The position numbers were made by a program, and so were the translations under genes. This document shows positions 27,841-35,865 of a stretch of 45,132 nt of DNA, piece by piece. The notes below the pieces were generated by a model that searched no databases, was not told where the DNA came from, and saw nothing but the letters and a program-made list of their open reading frames with translations. Source of the stretch: an uncultured Bacilli bacterium (GTDB lineage: Bacteria > Bacillota_I > Bacilli_A > RF39 > UBA660); contig CALVKH010000001.1 in assembly GCA_944332575.1 (NCBI GenBank), forward strand, positions 1-45,132. The letters run 5' to 3'. Position 1 is the stretch's first letter. Each line of letters begins with the position of its first letter.

Positions 27841-28369
27841 TAAATATACAGAAGACTGGGTACCAGTACAATCAATTGCAAATGGTATGATTATCTTAGA
27901 TAATCAATTAAAGGTAACAGGTGTAAAGATAGCACCTAGAAATATTTTTATTTTAGATGAGGAGTCACAAGCAAATGTTCTTATGAACCTAAGAAACTTC
28001 TATAACCAAATAGATTTTGAGTTTTGGTTAATCGTTGCTGATAGACCAGTGGATATTTCTGTTTATATGTCTCAATTACAACTTTTGTATAATCAAAATA
28101 ATTCCCCTGCAATTAGAAAATTGATTAGTGAAGATATTCAAAAAGGTAATAGTTTTATGAATAATAATGTAGTTGATACAGAGTATTACATCTTGTTTAA
28201 AGAAAATAATTTAGATATCATTCAAAAAAGAATTAGAATGTTGATTAACTCTTTATCAGCTTGTGGATTGTTATCAAGTCAAACTAGTAATGAGGATTTA
28301 AGAATTATATTAGATAATTTCTTAAATGGTGGTCAAACAACGGAATTTGGAACGGTGGTGGCACTATGA
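27815..28369 (+). CDS. VirB4-like ATPase, N-terminal segment encoded as a separate ORF
   Basis: Start refined to the ATG at 27815. 'TEDWVPVQSIANGMIILDNQLKVTGVKIAPRNIF' matches the N-terminus of Gram-positive VirB4 proteins (Orf16/PrgJ/TcpF type). Ends in an ATGA overlap with the next ORF. Confidence 0.6.
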   Translation: MAKKQVNSSKYTEDWVPVQSIANGMIILDNQLKVTGVKIAPRNIFILDEESQANVLMNLRNFYNQIDFEFWLIVADRPVDISVYMSQLQLLYNQNNSPAIRKLISEDIQKGNSFMNNNVVDTEYYILFKENNLDIIQKRIRMLINSLSACGLLSSQTSNEDLRIILDNFLNGGQTTEFGTVVAL

Positions 28370-30159
28370 GTACAATGAATTTTAAATCACAAATAGCTCC
28401 TAAAGGACTTAGTTTTGGATATAGTGATTTCTTTGTAAGTGATAAATATGCAACTATCCTAACAGTAATATCTTATCCTAAATTTATTGCTCCTGGTTAT
28501 TTGTCTACACTTACTACTATGCCTGGTATTAAAGTAGTTATTAAACATATACCAGTTCCATTTTCAACAATTTCTAAAATGTTGAATAAACAAATTGCTG
28601 AACTAAAAACTAGATACCAAGAAGAAAAAGATCGTACTATTCAAGAGAGAATTAGGCTAGACTATGAGTCTTTAGAGTATTTTGTAACTATGTTAGCAGG
28701 AAGTCAAGCTAGAATCTTTGATTTCCAAATGCATATTATGATTACTGCTGATACGAAAGAAGATTTAGAGTTAAAGAAAACTAATGTTAAAAATTATCTT
28801 GATGCGATGGAGTTAAAAGCAGTAGCGTTACGTTTTGAACAAGAAAAAGTATTAAAATCAATAATACCAATTTTCCCAAAACAAGATATAGAAGATCGTA
28901 TTGGTACACCAATTCCTTCTATTACCATAGCTGCTATGTATCCATTTATATTTGATAGTATTAAAGACCCAGGTTTATCTACTTTACTAGGTGTTGACTT
29001 TTCCGGTGGTGTCATACTATTTAATCAATTTTTGTATAAAATCAAAAAAGAAAATAACAGAAACAATGCTAATTTGATTTTATTAGGTACCTCTGGATCA
29101 GGTAAATCAACCGCAGCTAAATTATTACTTCGTGGGCATATTCGTAATGGTTGTCAAATTGTTGCAATTGACCCTGAAAACGAGCTAGAAGATATGACAA
29201 AAGCTTTTGGTGGAGATACTATTGACCTTGGTAAAGGTGGAGAATATGGTATGATTAATCCACTTCAAATAGTAATTGATGCTGATGAAGATGAGATTAA
29301 ACAAGGATTAGGATATACGGTATTAACTAGAACGCTACAATTCTTAAAAGCATTTATGAAGTATTATGATCCATCTATTGAGGAAGATGTATTAACATTA
29401 TTTAGTGAAGTAGTTCAAGATACTTATCGTCGTTTTGGAATAGATTTTGATAAGGACTTCTATAATTTTACAGCAAAAGATTATCCAACTTTTAGTGATG
29501 TATATGCAACTATTAAAGGTCGTCTTATGGCAATGGCTGATCATACTCATGAAAAAGATATTATGGAACGTCTTGAGTTAAAAATTAGACCATTAACTAA
29601 TGATTTAAAATATTATTTTGATGGACATACAACCATAACTCATGATAGTGATTTTATTACATTTAATATAAAAGAATTAATGAATGCGGAAGCGAATATT
29701 AGAAATGCATTATTCTTCAATATATTAAAATATGCATGGGGACTTTGTTTAAATCGTGATTTGGATACTATATTAATGGTAGATGAGGCACACGTATTAT
29801 TAGGGGATAATAACTCGCTTGGAGCTGATTTCTTAGCACAAGTTCAAAGACGCGCTCGTAAATATAACACAGGTTCCATTATTATTACTCAACAACCAAG
29901 TGATTTTGCAACTCCTAGTGTAATTACTCAAGGTAAAGCAATATTCGATAATGCTTCTTACTATATTATTATGGGATTAAAGAAACAAGCTGCTGAAGAT
30001 TTATCAAAACTTGTTGATTTGAATGATAATGAAAAAGAAAGTATTAAACGTTATTCACAAGGGGAAGCATTATTCGTTTGTGGACATCGTCGTATGAGAA
30101 TAAATATTATTGTAACTCCAGAAGAGTTAGCATCATTTGGTAGTGGAGGAGGACTATAA
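28366..30159 (+). CDS. VirB4-like T4SS ATPase (main body)
   Basis: Walker A 'LGTSGSGKST', Walker B 'ILMVDEAH', 'RRARKYNTGSIIITQQPSD'. 597 aa. Confidence 0.9.
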   Translation: MSTMNFKSQIAPKGLSFGYSDFFVSDKYATILTVISYPKFIAPGYLSTLTTMPGIKVVIKHIPVPFSTISKMLNKQIAELKTRYQEEKDRTIQERIRLDYESLEYFVTMLAGSQARIFDFQMHIMITADTKEDLELKKTNVKNYLDAMELKAVALRFEQEKVLKSIIPIFPKQDIEDRIGTPIPSITIAAMYPFIFDSIKDPGLSTLLGVDFSGGVILFNQFLYKIKKENNRNNANLILLGTSGSGKSTAAKLLLRGHIRNGCQIVAIDPENELEDMTKAFGGDTIDLGKGGEYGMINPLQIVIDADEDEIKQGLGYTVLTRTLQFLKAFMKYYDPSIEEDVLTLFSEVVQDTYRRFGIDFDKDFYNFTAKDYPTFSDVYATIKGRLMAMADHTHEKDIMERLELKIRPLTNDLKYYFDGHTTITHDSDFITFNIKELMNAEANIRNALFFNILKYAWGLCLNRDLDTILMVDEAHVLLGDNNSLGADFLAQVQRRARKYNTGSIIITQQPSDFATPSVITQGKAIFDNASYYIIMGLKKQAAEDLSKLVDLNDNEKESIKRYSQGEALFVCGHRRMRINIIVTPEELASFGSGGGL

Positions 30160-30188
30160 TTTAATTAATTTAAGTAGGTGGTGATAAA

Positions 30189-32105
30189 ATGGCTGATAAT
30201 TCAAATAACCAAAATAATACTAATATTAATAACAATAATGGTAGATTGAATATGCATGCTAGAGGATCATCACCTTCTTTTGATCCTAGACAAAATCAAT
30301 TTAAAAATAATTCTACATTAGGACAAGCAAATAGAACTGTTTTAAGATATATAGCGATAGGAGCCGCACCGTTGTTAATCATTTTATTGTTTTTTTTAAT
30401 GATCTTGAGTAAGGATACTATTAGTGGTATTGGTAATGGCGATGATATTTATGAAGATCTACGTAAAGAAATAGCTAGTGTTATGACAAGTTATAGCACT
30501 AAAGTAGATATTGATGGAGTTTTGATATTAGCTACTTTAGTTGGGTATAATGATGTAGAAGATATTGATAGTGAAGAAGCTATTTCAAAAAATATGGATT
30601 ATTTAAAAAAACAAGTACCAATATTAGCTGAGTATCAAATTATGACAACAAAACAATGCGATTATCCTTCTAATACCATGCGTGAGATCGCTAGTAATGA
30701 TGGATTATTGTCAGAAGATAATTATAATTGTGTTTCCTATGAGATGGAAGGAGAAAGTTATTCCTTATCTATTGGTTTGGGAGACTTAAATGATAATAAT
30801 AGTGGTAGTACTTATTATTGGAATTTAATTGATGAAGAATTTATATTTAATTTTTATAATGAGTATATGGTAAATCCTAATGAGAATAACGGAGAAAACG
30901 ATGAGAAAATAGATGAAATTATTCAAGAGATTTATTTATATTATGAAAGTTTATTACAAGTAGCAGATAATGATGAATTGTTTGGTATATATAATGTAGG
31001 AAATAATTATTGGTGGCCAATAGGTAGTGATGAGACAACTATTGAAAATGGTAAAACATTTGCAAGCGGTACTCCAACTCCTACTGTTATTACAGCAACT
31101 TTTGCTGGTGATGATTCTGTACATGAAGGGGATCATGGAGCTTTAGATATTTCTGGTAGTAATGCATTAAATCGTATTAATATTATTGCTTCACGAAGTG
31201 GAACGGTTATTTATCCAACCAGTAATAGTCAAACTAATTTCCCTGATAATGGATATTTGGGTAATAGAGATGGTGGAGGATATGGTAACTATGTAATTAT
31301 TGATCATGGTGATGGTGAATATACTTTGTATGCTCATTTAGCTCAAAATTCTATTACTGTTATGGCTGGTGATACTGTTGAGCAAGGCCAAGTTATTGCT
31401 AAAATGGGACATAGTGGTAATTCAACAGGAGCCCATTTACATTTTGAAATTCGTATAGGTGGTAATTCATCTTTATTTAAAGTTGATCCACAATTATATG
31501 TAGATCCTGATAATCCACGTCCTACATCAGATATTTTTACCGAATGGATAAAAACCATGGAAGGTGGAACTAGTGGACAATATGTGGATGGAGATAACTA
31601 TGTAGTATACGATGGTGGAGATGGTGTATTGACTGTTGGATATGGAATTGTAATTGTCGATTCCAGTGGAAATCAATTATATACCAATATTTATGATACC
31701 CCTGTTACCGTAGGTAGTAGAATACCTATGAAAATAGTAGATAAAATGTTTAACCAATTTATGTCGGGATCTAAGACAGTACTAGCGAATGAAAAAGCCA
31801 ATCGTAATATTACACTTACTAAGAATCAAGATGATGCAATTTTAAGTCTTATGTATAATTGTGGTACAGGATGGGCAGCCCCAGTTTTAGATGCATATGG
31901 AACTGATGGGGATACGAATGCTTTATGGAATGAAATGAGTAAATGCAAAAATGCAACAATTGATGGAGTATTTCAAGAACTTTATGGTTTAAAACTAAGA
32001 CGAGCTGAAGAATATGAATTATTCTTAGAAGGAGATTATAAATACGATCCATTAAGTTATATTTCTGGGGATCCGGTAAAATATTACGATGTTTCTAGTT
32101 GGTAA
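30189..32105 (+). CDS. Bifunctional cell-wall hydrolase: M23 metallo-endopeptidase + GH24-type lysozyme domain (VirB1/CwlT/PrgK analogue)
   Basis: Asn-rich N-tail plus a TM. M23 motifs 'HGALDISG', 'GNYVIIDHGDGEYTLYAHL', 'GHSGNSTGAHLHFEIR'. Lysozyme motifs 'MEGG...VYDGGDGVLTVGYGI', 'QDDAILSLMYNCG', 'LRRAEEYELFLEG'. Confidence 0.85.
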   Translation: MADNSNNQNNTNINNNNGRLNMHARGSSPSFDPRQNQFKNNSTLGQANRTVLRYIAIGAAPLLIILLFFLMILSKDTISGIGNGDDIYEDLRKEIASVMTSYSTKVDIDGVLILATLVGYNDVEDIDSEEAISKNMDYLKKQVPILAEYQIMTTKQCDYPSNTMREIASNDGLLSEDNYNCVSYEMEGESYSLSIGLGDLNDNNSGSTYYWNLIDEEFIFNFYNEYMVNPNENNGENDEKIDEIIQEIYLYYESLLQVADNDELFGIYNVGNNYWWPIGSDETTIENGKTFASGTPTPTVITATFAGDDSVHEGDHGALDISGSNALNRINIIASRSGTVIYPTSNSQTNFPDNGYLGNRDGGGYGNYVIIDHGDGEYTLYAHLAQNSITVMAGDTVEQGQVIAKMGHSGNSTGAHLHFEIRIGGNSSLFKVDPQLYVDPDNPRPTSDIFTEWIKTMEGGTSGQYVDGDNYVVYDGGDGVLTVGYGIVIVDSSGNQLYTNIYDTPVTVGSRIPMKIVDKMFNQFMSGSKTVLANEKANRNITLTKNQDDAILSLMYNCGTGWAAPVLDAYGTDGDTNALWNEMSKCKNATIDGVFQELYGLKLRRAEEYELFLEGDYKYDPLSYISGDPVKYYDVSSW

Positions 32106-32125
32106 GGAATAAAAAGGGTGATTTT

Positions 32126-32632
32126 ATGGATAAAACTTCATTTAGAATTTTTCTTGTGATAATAGTAGTTTCACTGATTATTTTTAGTGGATTGTTTGCT
32201 TTTGCCATGTATGAGAATAAAATTAATGAAGATAAAATAGAAGTAGAATATGTTACTAATGCTAATATCTTTTATACAGTAGAGAGTTGTGTTAATAAAT
32301 ATGTTAGTTTAATTGTAGCGCAAGATAGTATTGCTTTGTATAATGTTACTGACGAACAATATAGAGAAGAACATGGAATAACGATTAATAACGTTTTAGC
32401 TAATAATATAAAATTATCTGGAAATTATTCTTTCAATGCCCAAAAAATGCTTCAAGATAAAAATAGTGAACATACATATTATGTGAAAGGATATTTAATA
32501 GAAGAATCTTTAATGGAAGATGGATTTTCAAATGAAAAAATAGAATATGGATTAATTGTTAAATTGGATGTAGATAATAATATATATTCTATTATACCTA
32601 GTGAAGTGGAGGTATATTTTGATGAAATCTAG
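32126..32632 (+). CDS. Small N-terminally anchored protein (VirB8-like candidate)
   Basis: Start refined to the ATG at 32126 (AAGGGTGA RBS). One TM plus a soluble domain of about 130 aa. The function is inferred from position and architecture only. Confidence 0.4.
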   Translation: MDKTSFRIFLVIIVVSLIIFSGLFAFAMYENKINEDKIEVEYVTNANIFYTVESCVNKYVSLIVAQDSIALYNVTDEQYREEHGITINNVLANNIKLSGNYSFNAQKMLQDKNSEHTYYVKGYLIEESLMEDGFSNEKIEYGLIVKLDVDNNIYSIIPSEVEVYFDEI

Positions 32633-33119
32633 ATTAGTTAAACAAATTATTATATGTTGTTTTATTGTTATTATATGTGGGGTAGTAGTATTTTTGGTAA
32701 GAGGATATTTTCTTGATAGTGACAATAATAAGTTTAATGTGACAAATGAATTAAAAGAAAAATATGAATATAATGAATTTCAAGTTATTAATGTTACTAC
32801 TGAAATGTTAATTCAAAGATATTTTATTGATTTTAAGAGTAAACTTTTAACCTCTCCTAAAGAAGCATATGATTTATTAAGCAGAGAATCAAAAAAAGAA
32901 TTTGATAATTATACATCATTTTTAGAATTTATAAATAATAACATAGAACAAATACGTACATCAACGATAGAAAAGTATACTATTCAAAATTTTGATAGTA
33001 GCCAACGCTATATTGTATTAGACCAATATAATAATAAATATACTTTTACTGCTAAGGCAATTTTAGTGTATGAGGTAACACTAGATTTTAATAATGAAAT
33101 AACTAGTATTTTTGAATAA
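32622..33119 (+). CDS. Small N-terminally anchored protein (VirB8-like candidate)
   Basis: Start refined to the ATG at 32622 (GGAGGT RBS), overlapping the upstream stop. One TM plus a soluble domain of about 130 aa. Confidence 0.4.
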   Translation: MKSRLVKQIIICCFIVIICGVVVFLVRGYFLDSDNNKFNVTNELKEKYEYNEFQVINVTTEMLIQRYFIDFKSKLLTSPKEAYDLLSRESKKEFDNYTSFLEFINNNIEQIRTSTIEKYTIQNFDSSQRYIVLDQYNNKYTFTAKAILVYEVTLDFNNEITSIFE

Positions 33120-33167
33120 AATATTGTAAAATAAATTTAGTAATTTACTGAAAGAGGGAATAATAAT

Positions 33168-35516
33168 ATGAAATTGAAGTTTAGGGCTGAACCACAAGAT
33201 GTATTAATATTTGTAGTTTTTGCTATTTTTCTTTTGTATGTAATTGCTCTTGGGGTAATAAATCTACCAACATTAGCATCAGAAGGAAGATTTGCTGGAT
33301 TAAATCCATTACCAGCTTTTGAACCTGAGAATCTATTTAAGACAATTGTTTTTTACCTTATTGCTTTAGGTGCATTATTTATGAGTGTTTCTTCTTACTT
33401 TTTTGAAAGAGAAGAAGGAGTGGGACTAACTTTAAATAAAAAAGATAAAGGATATAGCAGATGGGCTAAAGAAAAAGAGATGAAAAAAGTATTAAAATGT
33501 GTTCATCCTGCTGATGAAACTAGCCAATATGCTGGTATTCCTCTTATTAGTAAAAACGGAGAACTTTGGGTTGATGATGGTGAGTATCACAACTTAGTAA
33601 TAGGTGCTACTGGTAGTGGTAAAACCGTAAGTACAATTTTACCTACTATTAAGATTCTTGCTAAAAAAGGAGAGTCAATAATTTGTACTGACCCTAAAGG
33701 AGAGTTGTTTGAAAAAACCGGTAGTATGTTAAAAGCCAAAGGATATAATATTATCTTACTTAATTTCCGTAATCCACAAAAAGGTAATGCATGGAATCCA
33801 TTAACACTACCATATCGACTATATAAAAGTGGAAATCAAGATAAAGCAATTGAGTTATTAGATGACTTAGCGCTTAATATTCTATATGAAGAAAATAATG
33901 GTAATGCTGATCCGTTCTGGGAAAAAACTTCTGCGGACTATTTTTCAGGATTAGCACTAGGAATGTTCGAAGATACTACAGAAGATAAAATAAATATTAA
34001 TAGTATTAGTTTAACAACTACAGTTGGTGAAGAGAAATGTGGAGCATCCACTTATGTTAAAGAATATTTTAATTTAAAAGATCCTAACAGTCCTGCTTAT
34101 ATAAATGCTAGCGGAACTATTATGGCTCCTAGCGAAACGAAAGGAAGTATTATTGCTGTATTTAAGCAGAAGATAAAACTATTTTCATCGCGTGAAAATT
34201 TATCAGAAATGCTTTCTTATAGCGACTTTGATATGAATTCGATTGGTAAAGAAAAAACAGCCGTTTTCATAATTATTCAAGATGAAAAGAAAACATATCA
34301 TTCACTTGCTACTATATTCGTAAAACAATGCTATGAGACATTAATTGATGTGGCTCAATCAAATGGTGGTAAATTGCCATGTCGAACTAATTTCTTATTG
34401 GATGAGTTTGCTAATATGCCACCGTTAAAGGATGTAACAACTATGATTACTGCTGCTCGTTCTAGACAGATTAGGTTCACAATGATTATTCAAAATTTTG
34501 CGCAGTTAAAACAAGTGTATGGAGCAGATAATGCTGAGACTATCAAAGGAAACTGTGGTAACTTAATTTATTTAATTTCAACAGAACTTGCTGCACTAGA
34601 GGAAATAAGCAAGTTATGTGGTGAAGTAAAATCTAAGAAAGATGATAAGACTGCATCAACTCCACTTGTAACTGTAAGTGATTTACAACGTATGAAACAA
34701 TTTGATCAAATAGTATTAAGAATGCGTATGCAGCCATTTAAGACATCATTTACTCCAGATTTTAAAATAGATTGGGGTAGAAAGTACGGTCCAATTGAAT
34801 ATCCAGAACGTGAGAAAAAACCAGTTGCGGTATTTGATGTAAGAGAATTTGTTAAAGAAAAAAGACAACAGAAAATTAAAGAAATGATGGCAAATGGTAC
34901 TCCTCCTGCGAATGGTGGAATGATGGCAGGGCCTAATATGAATAGTCCTTATCCTAATATGCCACAAATGCCTAATTTTAGTAATATGAATCAAAATCAA
35001 GCACCTAGAAATAATCCAGGACCAGATATTAATATGGATGAACTTATTAAAAAGATCGATGCTAAGATTGCTGAGATTGAAGAGGAAGAAAAGAAGGCTA
35101 AAGCATCAGAAGTTAATAAACAACCAGTGACTCCTCCAAAGGATAATGTTAATGAGCATATGAGTAACAAAACTAATGTTCAACCTTCAATTATAAGAGA
35201 ACCAATGAAGCAAGAAGTTGATCGCGTAGGAGTTGAAAATAAAGATTTAGAAAATACTAATCCAAGATTGTTTAATAATATTAAGGAACCTTCTAATTCT
35301 ACAGATATTAGTAGGATTATTGAACAAAAAGTAAATAAAGAAATGAGTAATTTTGTACCGAAGATAGAAAAGGAGGAACCAAAGAATTCTACTTTTGTTC
35401 CACCTGTGCAACCTACAAATGAAGCAAAAAAAGAGGAAGAAAAACCAAATACAACAATTACTCTTGACGAAGAAGTGGACGATAATAAATTTTTTGATGA
35501 TTTCTTCGATGATTAA
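33168..35516 (+). CDS. VirD4/TraG-family type IV coupling protein with a long low-complexity C-terminal tail
   Basis: Two N-terminal TMs. Walker A 'VIGATGSGKTVS', Walker B 'FLLDEFANMPPL', 'ARSRQIRFTMIIQNFAQLKQVYG'. About the last 200 aa are P/N/M/Q-rich and then K/E-rich, ending 'FFDDFFDD'. Confidence 0.9.
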   Translation: MKLKFRAEPQDVLIFVVFAIFLLYVIALGVINLPTLASEGRFAGLNPLPAFEPENLFKTIVFYLIALGALFMSVSSYFFEREEGVGLTLNKKDKGYSRWAKEKEMKKVLKCVHPADETSQYAGIPLISKNGELWVDDGEYHNLVIGATGSGKTVSTILPTIKILAKKGESIICTDPKGELFEKTGSMLKAKGYNIILLNFRNPQKGNAWNPLTLPYRLYKSGNQDKAIELLDDLALNILYEENNGNADPFWEKTSADYFSGLALGMFEDTTEDKININSISLTTTVGEEKCGASTYVKEYFNLKDPNSPAYINASGTIMAPSETKGSIIAVFKQKIKLFSSRENLSEMLSYSDFDMNSIGKEKTAVFIIIQDEKKTYHSLATIFVKQCYETLIDVAQSNGGKLPCRTNFLLDEFANMPPLKDVTTMITAARSRQIRFTMIIQNFAQLKQVYGADNAETIKGNCGNLIYLISTELAALEEISKLCGEVKSKKDDKTASTPLVTVSDLQRMKQFDQIVLRMRMQPFKTSFTPDFKIDWGRKYGPIEYPEREKKPVAVFDVREFVKEKRQQKIKEMMANGTPPANGGMMAGPNMNSPYPNMPQMPNFSNMNQNQAPRNNPGPDINMDELIKKIDAKIAEIEEEEKKAKASEVNKQPVTPPKDNVNEHMSNKTNVQPSIIREPMKQEVDRVGVENKDLENTNPRLFNNIKEPSNSTDISRIIEQKVNKEMSNFVPKIEKEEPKNSTFVPPVQPTNEAKKEEEKPNTTITLDEEVDDNKFFDDFFDD

Positions 35517-35524
35517 AATAATAG

Positions 35525-35551
35525 AAGCTAATATTCGAATTAGCTTTTTTT
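35525..35551 (+). terminator. Rho-independent terminator closing the T4SS operon
   Basis: AAGCTAAT / ATTAGCTT stem followed by TTTTT. Confidence 0.6.
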
Positions 35552-35625
35552 GTCGAAAAATATAGGGTGGGAGCGTATTTAAAACAAAGAAGTAACTTCT
35601 CGTCGAACTTAAAGTGGGAAGTTAA

Positions 35626-35841
35626 GTAAATAATTTACACTTTTTTTGGACAATGAGTTCAGTTGTATTTGGTAGTGCAAATTCCCATGTAGGTTATGTT
35701 GGTGAAAATGGTGCTTTGTATTACACTCGTGTTGATGCTGAAGGAGAAGGTATTCGACCTGTTATTAATTTGAAATCCAATGTTGAAATAACTAGCGGAG
35801 ATGGTACAACTAGTAATCCATACGTTATTATGACAAATTAA
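35626..35841 (+). pseudogene. 3' remnant of a gene of the same family as 24518..25624
   Basis: The frame is open from 35626 and the first ATG at 35653 has no RBS. It encodes only '...GIRPVINLKSNVEITSGDGTTSNPYVI', which matches the C-terminal signature 'GRLMVHLNKYVSYVSGSGTVDDPYVI' of the 24518 protein. Confidence 0.5.
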
Positions 35842-35842
35842 G

Positions 35843-35865
35843 AGAGTAATGAATACTCTTTTTTT
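35843..35865. terminator. Bidirectional terminator candidate
   Basis: AGAGTA / TACTCT stem followed by T6, between convergent reading frames. Confidence 0.45.

Larger units (their letters stand above)
14513..35516 (+). other. Co-directional island of about 21 kb: Tad/Flp-type pilus operon fused end-to-end with a Gram-positive-type T4SS gene set; no relaxase or integrase recognised
   Basis: 22 same-strand genes with tiny or overlapping junctions. There are only two internal promoter/terminator breaks (24.0-24.5 kb and 25.6-25.8 kb). See the individual CDS calls. Confidence 0.7.

Noticed and set aside
35560-35600. T-box-like string 'TAGGGTGGGAGCG' followed by a small hairpin (AGAAG-TAA-CTTCT).
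   Set aside because: It lacks the ACCGCG part of the T-box consensus. There is no specifier-loop or Stem I region (the whole intergenic space is about 100 nt), no proper terminator/antiterminator pair, and no aminoacyl-tRNA synthetase or amino-acid gene downstream.
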